Source of the DNA: Candidatus Thorarchaeota archaeon
Lineage (GTDB): Archaea > Asgardarchaeota > Thorarchaeia > Thorarchaeales > Thorarchaeaceae
Assembly (NCBI GenBank): GCA_004524445.1
Contig: SDNP01000013.1
Location: forward strand, 1-64,000
Length of the DNA stretch: 64,000 nucleotides
Reading direction: 5' to 3'
Part shown: one piece after another, positions 1 through 9,899 of the stretch
Position numbering within the stretch: the first letter of the stretch is position 1
How the letters are laid out: every line of letters begins with the position of its first letter
Notes under the pieces: generated by a model
Database searches by the model: none
What the model saw: only the letters and a program-made list of their open reading frames with translations
What the model was told of the DNA's origin: nothing
Made by a program: the position numbers and the translations under genes

Positions 1-116
1 AGACGTTCGAGGAGTGCATTGTAGACGAACTACTACTCGCTTACAAGAATGACTCGGGTAGTTTTGCCATCTCCAGAAAGGAAGAGCGCGAGAGAGTGGC
101 ACGCTCAGCACGATAA
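1..116 (+). CDS. rps7: 30S ribosomal protein S7, C-terminal end (partial)
   Basis: Frame 3 reads TFEECIVDELLLAYKNDSGSFAISRKEERERVARSAR*, the conserved archaeal uS7 C-terminus. Confidence 0.92.
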   Translation, partial: TFEECIVDELLLAYKNDSGSFAISRKEERERVARSAR

Positions 117-126
117 ATTCAACTTA

Positions 127-162
127 GCGCGGGACCACTCCCGTGCAATCACTTTCTTTTTT
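127..162 (+). terminator. Hairpin plus U-tract after rps7
   Basis: GCGCGGGA-CCAC-TCCCGTGC stem followed by TTTCTTTTTT. Confidence 0.6.
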
Positions 163-257
163 GAAAATCCAGTTCCATTTTGATATCCTTCATTGTAACA
201 ATAGCTAGAGTACCGAAAGATGAATAACAGGCAATCGAACGCATTACCTGACGCACG

Positions 258-794
258 ATGAGCAAACATGTTTTGATTGCCTACGGTACACGGTATGGCT
301 CAACCGCAGAAATATCTGAACGCATGGGAGAGATTTTTACGGAGAAAGGCATGAAAACAGAGGTTCGTGATCTCAAGAAAGATGGTACACCAACAGATTT
401 GGATGAATATGATTTAGTTGTCGTGGGTAGCGGAATCTTAGCTGGCAGATGGACCAAGGAGCCTCTCAAATTCTTAGAACAGAACAAGGAAAAGCTCGCC
501 GAGAAGAGCGTGGCACTGTTTGTGGTTTCTGCTTATGCCGCTGACTCGGAAAAGCATGACCGAGTGTACGAAGACTATCTCGTTTCTGTGGCTGAAGATT
601 TGAAACCAATATCACCTGTATCAATGGGCTTCTTTGGAGGAGTCATCGATTTCAGCAAGTATAACTTCGCAGTTCGCATTCTGATGAAACGTATGGTCAG
701 CTCAAACGCTGGTGATAGGGAGGTTTCAGAGTACATGGACCTCAGAGACTGGGAGGAAATAGAAAGCTGGGCCAAGTCACTTGTTACAGAGTAG
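258..794 (+). CDS. Flavodoxin-domain protein (HemG/Flavodoxin_5-like)
   Basis: IAYGTRYGSTAEI FMN loop, YDLVVVGS, C-terminal DLRDWEEIESWA. Confidence 0.85.
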   Translation: MSKHVLIAYGTRYGSTAEISERMGEIFTEKGMKTEVRDLKKDGTPTDLDEYDLVVVGSGILAGRWTKEPLKFLEQNKEKLAEKSVALFVVSAYAADSEKHDRVYEDYLVSVAEDLKPISPVSMGFFGGVIDFSKYNFAVRILMKRMVSSNAGDREVSEYMDLRDWEEIESWAKSLVTE

Positions 795-852
795 CCTGTC
801 CATGCGGCACTCCAAAGAAACGCTTTTGAAACAATTCAGGCACAACTCGGAT

Positions 853-1668
853 ATGCCTGATTATCACGCCCTTCAGAAGGATGCCAAGAAGGATGTGGAA
901 ACTGCACTTGATGTCTGGTCTGATATTTTACAACATAGAATCGACATCAAAGTTCAGTATGCCTATGCCAAGGGCTCTTCTGTCAAGCCATGGGACTCGC
1001 CGGTGGATTACGTACCCGTAATCAGTGACCTGGACATTCACATAAGAACAGAAGATGGCAACTTGTTTCCGGAGGACGAGTCTTTCAAACAGGCCATGAG
1101 AATGTCTGAGGAATTTGAGAGTCAATTTCTAGGTAACCGTCCCAAATATCTACACATCCCACGAAATCAGATAATCTTGATGGGTAAATTGGAGCAATTG
1201 GATAACTACACTCCCCCACGGAAACAGGATGTACGAACACTCTTCGGAGCATACCAAGAGCCGCCCCTTCCCCCGGCTGCTAGGATACGTGCAATCGATC
1301 GAACAAATCTCCTCAATGAAGAAGCATATCTCCAAGAAATGCCAATGATGGTGTTGGACAAGACCGGCCTTGACTATTGGAATGTTATCCGAAAAATGAA
1401 TTGGCGGGTTTCGCCGGCGCCAATTCGGCTTCTGAATCAAACCTCAGACAATCCCATTGAAACATGGGCATGGAATCGATCAAGAATCATAGACGAACTC
1501 GAAGCCCAAAATCATCATGAATTAGCCAATCTCTACACTAGGTTCTATATGTCTTCTTGGACGCTCTTTCTGTCCAAATTCTCGGATCTACAAGCCTTCA
1601 GAGAAGTTGTACGTAGTGGTTATTACTTGCTACAAAGGTGTATCCAAGAGATGAAACACCCCTCTTAA
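853..1668 (+). CDS. Putative Pol-beta-superfamily nucleotidyltransferase-fold protein
   Basis: YAKGS...SDLDIHI (GS plus DxD motif); ATG at 853 preferred over the upstream start. Confidence 0.5.
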   Translation: MPDYHALQKDAKKDVETALDVWSDILQHRIDIKVQYAYAKGSSVKPWDSPVDYVPVISDLDIHIRTEDGNLFPEDESFKQAMRMSEEFESQFLGNRPKYLHIPRNQIILMGKLEQLDNYTPPRKQDVRTLFGAYQEPPLPPAARIRAIDRTNLLNEEAYLQEMPMMVLDKTGLDYWNVIRKMNWRVSPAPIRLLNQTSDNPIETWAWNRSRIIDELEAQNHHELANLYTRFYMSSWTLFLSKFSDLQAFREVVRSGYYLLQRCIQEMKHPS

Positions 1669-1707
1669 TACAGGACATGTTGCATTCTCCAGGAACGGAA
1701 TGGATAA

Positions 1708-2637
1708 ATGGCAGTCAACAGGAGAGATTTGGCTTGGCTGGCAATCTTATTTACAACGATTGTATGGGCCTCATCTTTGGTTCTTGCAAAGATTATCTAC
1801 CCTACGATCACACCTATTCTCTTTGTCGCTCTCCGATATACACTAGCCCTCCCATTTCTCCTTCTTCTGCTCTTCTTCAAGAAAGATGATGTTAAGGACA
1901 CCCAGCCCACCAAATGGAGCGTCATAATAATTGTTGGTCTAGCGGGGCCATTTCTTTCACAAATTCTTCAATACATAGGATTGAGTCTGACTTCTGCATC
2001 GGAGACTCTTCTCCTCCTAAATCTAAGCCCGGTCTTTGCCGTTATCCTTGCAGCGCCTCTAATCAAGGAAGAGATCACCCGTCAAAAACTGGTTGGATTG
2101 ATATTAGCAGTTTCTGGAGCAACTCTTATTGTGCTTGGGGACTTCGATTTCCAGATTGTGAGCTATACCAGAATACTGGGAGATCTCATAATCGTAGTAT
2201 CCACTCTTCTCTTTGCCATCAATGGTATTGCTGGAAAGGTCGCAATCAAGGCGTCTAGCTCGTTATCGGTCACCTCGTACAGTACTCTAGTGGCCGTTCC
2301 ATTTATCTGGCTGACCGCATTCTTATTCGAGGACATCACAATCCTATTCTCCGCTCCCATTCATGTGTGGATTATCATCTGCTGGGTTGCAATTGTAAAC
2401 ACAGCCATTGCGTTTCTATTCTATTATGAGTCTATGAAATACATCGAGGCATCAAAAGTCCAGATAGCGTTGAGTTTGATTGCTGTCTGGGGCGTCATCA
2501 TGTCATCTATCTTTCTTGGAGAATCAATCAGCTTTGCACAGATATTTGGAGGCATTGCAACTATTCTTGGTGTGATGGTAGTACAGCACAGAAGACGTCA
2601 AAAAGAGGCCATAGTGCCCGCCAAATCCATCCCCTGA
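1708..2637 (+). CDS. EamA/DMT family transporter
   Basis: About 10 TM helices, two EamA repeats (FVALRY, LIKEEIT, IFLGESIS). Confidence 0.92.
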   Translation: MAVNRRDLAWLAILFTTIVWASSLVLAKIIYPTITPILFVALRYTLALPFLLLLLFFKKDDVKDTQPTKWSVIIIVGLAGPFLSQILQYIGLSLTSASETLLLLNLSPVFAVILAAPLIKEEITRQKLVGLILAVSGATLIVLGDFDFQIVSYTRILGDLIIVVSTLLFAINGIAGKVAIKASSSLSVTSYSTLVAVPFIWLTAFLFEDITILFSAPIHVWIIICWVAIVNTAIAFLFYYESMKYIEASKVQIALSLIAVWGVIMSSIFLGESISFAQIFGGIATILGVMVVQHRRRQKEAIVPAKSIP

Positions 2638-2745
2638 GCTGGGTTTTCCAGCTCTTCGTAGTAACAATTTGTGACCTATTTGCGTGACCCCGAAACGTGG
2701 CTTTGCATTATATACTAACCTTGCTCACTATTTCTTAGAAACAAA

Positions 2746-2853
2746 ATGGCTCTAACATCCAACAACCGAGTTGTCCACGAGAAGAAGAACACCACGCGAA
2801 GTACCCAGTCAACAAACGCACTGGCCTATGCTTACCAATACATTGTGAGGTGA
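2746..2853 (+). CDS. Micro-ORF 1, 35 aa (MALTSNNRVVHEKKNTTRSTQSTNALAYAYQYIVR)
   Basis: Manual translation; TTATATA box about 30 nt upstream; resembles micro-ORF 2. Confidence 0.5.
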   Translation: MALTSNNRVVHEKKNTTRSTQSTNALAYAYQYIVR

Positions 2854-2860
2854 AAACAAA

Positions 2861-2947
2861 ATGGCTCTTGCTAAGGAAACCAAAACCAAGCATCCCAGGA
2901 AACCCCAATCTACTGAGGCAATCGCTCAAGTTTACTTCCGGAGATAG
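2861..2947 (+). CDS. Micro-ORF 2, 28 aa (MALAKETKTKHPRKPQSTEAIAQVYFRR)
   Basis: GAGGTGA SD 7 nt upstream; same AAACAAAATGGCTCT start context as ORF 1. Confidence 0.5.
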   Translation: MALAKETKTKHPRKPQSTEAIAQVYFRR

Positions 2948-2953
2948 AACGCG

Positions 2954-3064
2954 ATGATTCGTCAGAACACATCACCTCTCCTATCCGAAGAGTTCCTCTC
3001 TGAGTCATCCCGCAAAGATGACGAATTAACTGTAGATGAAGTGCTTGCGTTGGAAGCAACGTAG
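2954..3064 (+). CDS. Micro-ORF 3, 36 aa, acidic (MIRQNTSPLLSEEFLSESSRKDDELTVDEVLALEAT)
   Basis: GGAG upstream; starts 6 nt after ORF 2; followed by a CTCTTTTTT tract. Confidence 0.45.
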   Translation: MIRQNTSPLLSEEFLSESSRKDDELTVDEVLALEAT

Positions 3065-3193
3065 GCCCATCCCTCTTTTTTCTAACTATCTGCCTAATCC
3101 CATAGGTCTGCTCTCCTGCCCGCCAAGTGTTGCTTTATTATCGCCTTTCGACATGCTTATTGAACTGGTTTTGTACAGAATAGTTCGAATCCA

Positions 3194-3940
3194 ATGAGAT
3201 CCGAGTCAATTGATTGCCTTATCTTCGATATTGGAGGCACAATAAACGGTCCAAGCTTTGATGGAGTTGATTTTCTAAGCTATTTCTTAAAGGAGGCAGA
3301 CTTGGCAAATGCAAGCCGTTTACCTTCAGACAGACTTGGGGAGGCACAAGAGAAAGCATCATCTTGGCTTGATGATTACATGATCGAGAATAATGTACCT
3401 CCAAAGTGGGAGATGACATTCTCTGAGCAGATTCGTTATTCCAGCATGATCCTGGAATCATTGGGGGTTGACGAGCCCGCTGAGCGTCTTGCTACCGCAT
3501 ATGACAAGAAGCTGGAGTTTGCAGTGGAGGAGCTAGGTGCGGTCATGGCAGAAGACTGCAGGGGCGTCTTAGAAAACCTCTCTACCCGCGGTTACCATCT
3601 TGGAATCGCTTCAAACAGATTTGGTAATCCCTCCGGGTATTTCAGACGTCATAACATCGATCAATTCTTTGAAGCTGTTGAATACTCGCTAGTACCTGGC
3701 TATCGAAAACCCTCACCCTTTATGCTACTTGAAGTGGCTGGAACACTGTCAATCAATCCCCTGAAATGTGCTTACATCGGTGACTCGATCAAGTATGACA
3801 TAAGAGCTGCAAAACGGGCAGGAATGCTACCTATTCTTACCACTGAATTTCGGCAACCTTCTGATGCTATGCATTCCGATGAATGGTTAACCATCTCAAA
3901 ACTCTCTGATTTACTTGGTATCTTCACATCGGCAAAATAG
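3194..3940 (+). CDS. HAD-superfamily hydrolase
   Basis: FDIGGT motif I, IASN, RKPSP, YIGDSIKYDI. Confidence 0.9.
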   Translation: MRSESIDCLIFDIGGTINGPSFDGVDFLSYFLKEADLANASRLPSDRLGEAQEKASSWLDDYMIENNVPPKWEMTFSEQIRYSSMILESLGVDEPAERLATAYDKKLEFAVEELGAVMAEDCRGVLENLSTRGYHLGIASNRFGNPSGYFRRHNIDQFFEAVEYSLVPGYRKPSPFMLLEVAGTLSINPLKCAYIGDSIKYDIRAAKRAGMLPILTTEFRQPSDAMHSDEWLTISKLSDLLGIFTSAK

Positions 3941-4316
3941 AGGGCCTAATCACGAAACCGACCGTGGTGGCTGTGCTCTACGTGTCACCACGTAGACCAT
4001 ATCGGAGTCCGTAATCAGGCCCTGTATCATATTGCATCTTATTTGATAAATGTACGTTCTGGTGGAATTGAATCTTGTTTGCGCATTTTGTTCAGGAAAC
4101 TGGGTTATAGAATAGATGTTGTATTCATGACATTCGCAAAGGAGTGCTTGGCGGACAGAAAAGCGAAACTTTTTCCTCTAATACGTCTATGCCCCTCCTG
4201 TAGGCCATTTGGTTAAACGAACCTGTCGAAATTATTAAAAGCATCGCACAACGTGGCCTCAAAAAGCCTTGTCCACTCCTAGTGGTCAGGCCTTCAAAAA
4301 AACGTGGTGAATTAGA

Positions 4317-5633
4317 TTGAGTAATAAAGACAAAGAACACCTCAATCTGGTCGTCATAGGGCACGTCGACCACGGTAAAAGCACTATGACGGGCAGATTG
4401 CTGTACGAAACGGGTGCAGTAGACGAAAGGACATTCCAAGCACACAAAGCTGAAGCTGAGAAACTTGGTCGTCCCTCCTGGGCTTGGGCTTTCGCCCTTG
4501 ACAGGCTTAAAGAAGAGCGAGAGCGCGGTCTAACTATTGACATTGCGTTCTTCAAGTTCTTAACTGACAAGTTCTACTACACCATTATTGACGCTCCTGG
4601 GCATAAGGACTTTATCAAGAACATGATTACTGGAGCATCGCAGGCTGACGTAGCTCTGCTTGTTGTTTCAGCCAAGAAGGGAGAATTTGAGGCTGGAATC
4701 GGCCCTGGCGGCCAGACCAAAGAACATGCTTACCTTGCAAAGACACTCGGTGTCGATAACCTGATTGTATGTATCAACAAGATGGACGACGAGAGCGTTG
4801 ATTACAGTGAAGACCGTTACAAAGAGGTCAAGGAAGAGGTAATGGGCTTCCTGAAGAACATCGGATTCAAGACAGATCAAGTGGAGTTCATTCCCACGTC
4901 AGCTCTGTCCGCTGCTAACCTCAAGGAACGCACTCCGGACTTGACTCCCTGGTACGAAGGAATCAGCCTTCTCGAGGCCCTGGACACTATTGAGCTTCCA
5001 CCGAAGCCCATCGACAAACCACTGCGAATACCCATCAATGACGTCTACTCTATCAAGGGCGTTGGTACTGTTCCAGTTGGCCGTGTCGAAACTGGTGTCT
5101 TGAAGCCGGGAATGAAGGTCACATTCATGCCTCCCAACAAGACTGGTGAGGTCAAGACTGTTGAGATGCATCACGAGATGCTCGATCAGGCTGTCCCTGG
5201 TGACAACATAGGCTTCAATGTAAGAGGCGTCGAAAGAAAAGATCTCGGTCGTGGAGACGTTGCAGGACCTACTGACAAGCCACCAACAGTGGCTGCAGAC
5301 TATACGGGTCAAATCATGGTCATCCAACATCCAACCGCAATAACGGTCGGGTATACCCCTGTGATCCATGCTCACACTGCGCAAATTGCGTGCAGATTTG
5401 ATGAGTTGTTACAGAAGCTCGACCAGCGGACCGGTCAGGTCACACAGGAGAATCCTGACTTCGTCAAGAGGGGTGAGAGCATGATAGCAAAGCTAGTTCC
5501 TCTCAAGCCGATGGTGATAGAGCCGTACAAGGAGCTCCCACAGTTGGGTCGCTTCGCAGTTCGTGACATGGGAATGACAGTAGCTGTAGGCGTTGTCACA
5601 AAGGTCACTCCTCGCGAACCAGGCAAGAAATAG
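4317..5633 (+). CDS. tuf: Translation elongation factor EF-1alpha
   Basis: [34 protein letters not shown]; TTG start after GGTGA SD. Confidence 0.98.
   Translation: MSNKDKEHLNLVVIGHVDHGKSTMTGRLLYETGAVDERTFQAHKAEAEKLGRPSWAWAFALDRLKEERERGLTIDIAFFKFLTDKFYYTIIDAPGHKDFIKNMITGASQADVALLVVSAKKGEFEAGIGPGGQTKEHAYLAKTLGVDNLIVCINKMDDESVDYSEDRYKEVKEEVMGFLKNIGFKTDQVEFIPTSALSAANLKERTPDLTPWYEGISLLEALDTIELPPKPIDKPLRIPINDVYSIKGVGTVPVGRVETGVLKPGMKVTFMPPNKTGEVKTVEMHHEMLDQAVPGDNIGFNVRGVERKDLGRGDVAGPTDKPPTVAADYTGQIMVIQHPTAITVGYTPVIHAHTAQIACRFDELLQKLDQRTGQVTQENPDFVKRGESMIAKLVPLKPMVIEPYKELPQLGRFAVRDMGMTVAVGVVTKVTPREPGKK
5229..5633 (+). repeat. Left copy of 405-bp direct repeat (tuf 3' end)
   Basis: Colinear and gap-free with 10772-11176; 5526-5617 is identical to 11069-11160. 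Confidence 0.95.
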
Positions 5634-5650
5634 TACAATCGATAGAAAGT

Positions 5651-5683
5651 GGGTCCAATAACCGGACCCTTCTCTATTTTTCT
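5651..5683 (+). terminator. tuf terminator
   Basis: GGGTCC...GGACCC stem plus TTCTCTATTTTTCT. Confidence 0.6.
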
Positions 5684-6291
5684 AACCACATTTTCATCTT
5701 CGCTTTTTGATAGGCATATGAACTAACCGCATCAAATAAATGATTGAACGGATTCGTGACATCCCCATAATCTCATGAATCACATTTCAAGCGTTGTTTT
5801 GGCTACTCTAATTTCAACCTGCTCTATATGCCAATTCGCAATTGAAACTTTTTCTCTAAAGGCCACATCCCCCTCTGATGTAAGTCCCATGGAATCTCCT
5901 GTCCAAAACTGAAGCTCGATGCCCCAGCACTCCTGCTTCCCATCTGGGGTAGAGATACACGGAAACCGTATTCCTGCTTTGCCCCTATACTTCACTGAAG
6001 CCTTTCAAGGTCAAAACATCTGCCTCTGAACATAGCTAGAAGAATTGCCTTGCTCGTTGGGGATGTATCCTGGGCTTGAAAATGGTTGCTGTTGCCTGTT
6101 CTGGGAAGTGCTGACGGTTGCAATCATGGCAAAACTTGTGAGCATTGTCTTCTAGAGGATGCGAATTGAATACAGCAATTTCCCATTTCTGTTTACTGCA
6201 ATCATTTAGCGAACGTGGTGATTGAACACTTTGCAAAAAGAGTGATGAAAATAGAATACGCTGTCCGTGTCCAAGTTACACGATAATTCTT

Positions 6292-6421
6292 GTATGTTCA
6301 TTGCACTTCGGGCAATGCTTATTCATGACTGCAGGGACCTCATCACCGATTCATATTGCATGAGCTGTGTTCGCAAAAGCTCTTGCAGTCGGTTGGCTTC
6401 TCAATCTCATCGTTTTGCACA
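6292..6421 (-). pseudogene. Orphan fragment of rpl44e 5' leader plus first ~18 codons
   Basis: About 80% identical to 62880-63011; reads M(-1 nt)VPAVMNKHCPKCNEHT versus MKVPAVMNKYCPKCKTHT. Confidence 0.88.
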
Positions 6422-6833
6422 CTTATCATTTTGAATAGAACTCATAGAACATAACTCATCAAAAAGAGATCCTAGATTGAGATTTGATTTCTATAATATG
6501 GTGTTTAATTAGACGAAAAACAGTATAAATACAATAACACCTAGAAAACTCGTCCCTGTATGCCACTATAGACCGGATAGATGAGCATTTCACGAATAGG
6601 TGGCAGCGGAGCCATTTGTCGACTGTGGTAGGTTAATAGTCATTGGGACATGAACTACTAAAGTCAACCCCCGATAACTCCACTACCGTTTTTTCCAAAA
6701 GCGCATATACCTACAGATTACACTCCCAGTGTCAATTCCATAGTTACACAGGAGATAAGCACTTATGTTCTTGGAATTCTTAAAGAGAGAGAGAAGGACT
6801 GTAATATGCATCACGGGCCCTTCTTTATGCCTA

Positions 6834-7469
6834 CTATCCAGATACTGTGATTTCAGATATATCGAACTCAAACTGAGAAGGATCGGCAACTGAACCCGAC
6901 TCACTGAATGCATATCCATGCTTATAGAGTTCTACATAGACCTCTAATGCCGCGTAATATACTACATCATTCTGGCACGAGTAACTCCACGTTGTTTCAA
7001 GTTCGCCACTAGGGGTTCCCTTAGCATAATCTGTTACACCCGAAGATGAGCAGTACGCTCTATCGTCATAGACCTCGTCTGTATCTAGAGGATTATACGC
7101 ACTATTCATCAATACAAGGCGAATCGATAAATCTGAATAACCATATAGATACCCGTCAGCAATCAGGTTGTATGTTGCAGCATAATCAACTGTACAGGTA
7201 ACTTGTCCTGTATCGCCAGCAGTGAACTGCATTGCAATCCAAAATCTACCGTAATGCACCGCATCATACGGATTTGAGCCTCTAAACTGGATTTCACCTG
7301 TATCGGTTGACACAGAAATGAAATTGAAACACCATATAGAAGCCACATAGTCCCACGCATCATAATTCGATGCGTCATCTGCACTCTCTGACCAGGCATC
7401 GACACTATTTGCTCCAATTATCACAAATAGAATCAATACTGAAATCATATATAATTCATGCTTCTTCAT
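6834..7469 (-). CDS. Secreted hypothetical protein, beta-rich
   Basis: Signal peptide MKKHELYMISVLILFVIIGANSVDA; Tyr/Asp/Ser-rich mature part. Confidence 0.7.
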   Translation of the reverse strand: MKKHELYMISVLILFVIIGANSVDAWSESADDASNYDAWDYVASIWCFNFISVSTDTGEIQFRGSNPYDAVHYGRFWIAMQFTAGDTGQVTCTVDYAATYNLIADGYLYGYSDLSIRLVLMNSAYNPLDTDEVYDDRAYCSSSGVTDYAKGTPSGELETTWSYSCQNDVVYYAALEVYVELYKHGYAFSESGSVADPSQFEFDISEITVSG

Positions 7470-7656
7470 ACTATTGCTCCTACATGCTCCCTACCACGAA
7501 AGCAATGTGAGTATATATCACCTGTTCTGTCTATTAACTCTTTCTCCAAACAAAGCGATATGCCCCGCTGATGTCATAGATGTTGCTATATTGCCCTCTG
7601 CGTCCTCTACTTGCAGTTTGAGTTGCTAATTCTGCACATCCAAAGGGATTTAGAAG

Positions 7657-8163
7657 CTAACGCCTTAAGTTGTTTGCAATTAATTTCTTGATATCAATAT
7701 AAACCAAAAAACCGAATGCCACAAGCAAAACTCCTGATGCAAGAGGTCCTTGATTAGGGGTCGGTCTTTTTATTTCAATAGTCATAAATGAAATCGATTC
7801 ATTACTTGCAGGGGTTATTAAAACAATGTACCATCCTGTGGCAGGTATTGAGATGTGGGCAGTTGTTGAAGTCCTATTTATGAACTCATACATCACCGTC
7901 GCGTTCTTTAATGACTGGTCTTCAAAAGCACTAAGACCGTTTTCATAATCCATAAAATACGCTGAGAAAGGTTCTGCTTCTCTAGATATAATATGAATAT
8001 CAATATCACTGACACACTTAACAGCATATCCCCGGTAATAACCGTGGTTTATTCCGAAATATGTATCATAGGAAGGCTCAACAAACGGGCCAGCAAATGA
8101 GAGAACTATAAGAGTGATTCCAACAAGTAATATAAATCTAGCAAGACGTGATTTGTTTTTCAT
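7657..8163 (-). CDS. Membrane protein (TM, beta-domain, TM)
   Basis: N- and C-terminal hydrophobic helices; coupled to the ABC permease. Confidence 0.7.
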   Translation of the reverse strand: MKNKSRLARFILLVGITLIVLSFAGPFVEPSYDTYFGINHGYYRGYAVKCVSDIDIHIISREAEPFSAYFMDYENGLSAFEDQSLKNATVMYEFINRTSTTAHISIPATGWYIVLITPASNESISFMTIEIKRPTPNQGPLASGVLLVAFGFLVYIDIKKLIANNLRR

Positions 8164-8164
8164 T

Positions 8165-8986
8165 CTATAGTTCAACTCTTTCAAATAACCGAATACTCAG
8201 TAAGAATGTAACTAGTCCCAGCAGGAAAGAACCAATAATCGACACCAAGACATCCATAAAAACCACTTCTGTAAATTGGTAACCAAACATATTCCTATTG
8301 GTAAAGAAATACATAGCCAGATTTACTGGATTTAATGTGCCTCTTAACACTGTTGGAAAATGTGTAAACAAGGAAACACCGAGAAGCGTGAACCAAAGAG
8401 CCATGCCACCAATTGCTGATTTTGCAGAGCTTCCCGCGATGATTGACAATACGAACGATGTTGATAAAATTGCGAAAAAGAGAGACCAAAATGCTATCAA
8501 AATGACGATGACACCGATTCCAATGCTTAGTGAATTATATAATGATAAAATGACAAATACGCTAAGAGTTATGGGTACACAAGTTATGAGAGTTATTTGC
8601 ATGGCTTTGAGGATTAAAAGATGTAGCCTCTTAATTGGATAAGATAGAGTAATCCTAAACATATCATTTTCAAGTTGTCCAGCTACTCTAAATGCACTTA
8701 ATAGGGGTATCAGAGCCATGAGGAGAACTGTCATACTGACCAATGGCATGCCTAAGGAATAGAGGGCTGCCTGCCTGACATACTCTGAAACACGATCCAG
8801 CTCAATTTCAGACACCCATTGCGATGTTGGATTAATAAGAAACCCAATTTTGAATCCCTGTTGAATAATGAGAAGAGATGTGAGCGTTGTCAGTGTCATG
8901 AAGACTGCTTCCGCTGAAGGAAATGGAAATGAAACATCTAACTCAAACTCGAAGATAGCACGAACACGCTTAAGCAATCTATCCAT
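8165..8986 (-). CDS. ABC-2 type permease
   Basis: About 6 TM; 'ENDMFRITLSYPIKRLHLLILK' ABC-2 loop. Confidence 0.8.
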   Translation of the reverse strand: MDRLLKRVRAIFEFELDVSFPFPSAEAVFMTLTTLTSLLIIQQGFKIGFLINPTSQWVSEIELDRVSEYVRQAALYSLGMPLVSMTVLLMALIPLLSAFRVAGQLENDMFRITLSYPIKRLHLLILKAMQITLITCVPITLSVFVILSLYNSLSIGIGVIVILIAFWSLFFAILSTSFVLSIIAGSSAKSAIGGMALWFTLLGVSLFTHFPTVLRGTLNPVNLAMYFFTNRNMFGYQFTEVVFMDVLVSIIGSFLLGLVTFLLSIRLFERVEL

Positions 8987-9899
8987 TCCGCATTACCTCC
9001 ACAAATGCTTGCTCAAGTGAATGTGATTTTTCCATTTCATACACATTAACGCCCTTCAGTCTAGCACAACGCTCAATATCTGTTCTTAATTGCTTAGGAT
9101 TATTAGTTGTCACCATGATGGTTAATGTCTTTGCACCTGTAACTTCTACATGCATAACATCATTAATGGTCTGGAGGTCCTTACAAAGGATGTGAGGGTC
9201 AGAAACAACAACATTATACTGGTTTGATGAGTATTCATTAATTATCTCCTGAATAGGACCCTGAACAACCGTTTTGCCCTTATTGATGAATGCAACATTA
9301 TCACATACCCGTTCAAGTTCCGAAAGTACATGCGAAATGATACAAAAAGATACACCTTCATTTCTATGTACATCCCGTATAGTTCTCAGTAAATCTACTC
9401 GAGCCATAACATCAAGATTGGAGGTGGGTTCATCAAGGAACACCAATTCAGGCTTCCCAATTAGAGCTTGTGCAATACCAAGTTTTTGATGCATCCCTGC
9501 AGAAAGGGCACGAATTCTGCGCTCCTTAGCATTCAGGAGTTCCACTCGTTTCAACAGTATATCGATATCTTCACTCGTTTCGTAAAGGTTTGAAACGCGT
9601 TTGAGGAAATGGCCAACAGTTAGTGATGAGGGATATGTTGGACGTTCATGTAATACGCCTATTCGTTGTCTAATCTCAAAGGAGTGTGTAGCAGTATCCT
9701 GCTCTAGGACTATTGAGCTTCCCCCATCTGCTTCGATAAGACCTAAGAGAATTCTCAATAACGTTGTTTTCCCTGCACCATTTGGTCCAATGAGCCCAAA
9801 TACGCCATAATCCATTCTTAATGATAGTTTATCAAGTGCTATTATGTTTCCAAATCGTTTTGTAAGATTATGCACCGATACAATTGTATTGCCCTTCAA
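8979..9899 (-). CDS. ABC transporter ATP-binding protein
   Basis: GPNGAGKT, LSAGMHQ, FLDEPT, H-loop ISH; TTG at 9899 is the likely start. Confidence 0.93.
   Translation of the reverse strand: MKGNTIVSVHNLTKRFGNIIALDKLSLRMDYGVFGLIGPNGAGKTTLLRILLGLIEADGGSSIVLEQDTATHSFEIRQRIGVLHERPTYPSSLTVGHFLKRVSNLYETSEDIDILLKRVELLNAKERRIRALSAGMHQKLGIAQALIGKPELVFLDEPTSNLDVMARVDLLRTIRDVHRNEGVSFCIISHVLSELERVCDNVAFINKGKTVVQGPIQEIINEYSSNQYNVVVSDPHILCKDLQTINDVMHVEVTGAKTLTIMVTTNNPKQLRTDIERCARLKGVNVYEMEKSHSLEQAFVEVMRNG

Noticed and set aside
5780-6236. Two short minus-strand ORFs in the island
   Set aside because: No recognisable motifs or start signals; probably decayed sequence.
6270-6330. MNKHCPKC... as an IS1/IS1595 transposase zinc finger
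   Set aside because: Better explained by the nucleotide match to the rpl44e start; no DDE domain or terminal repeats seen.
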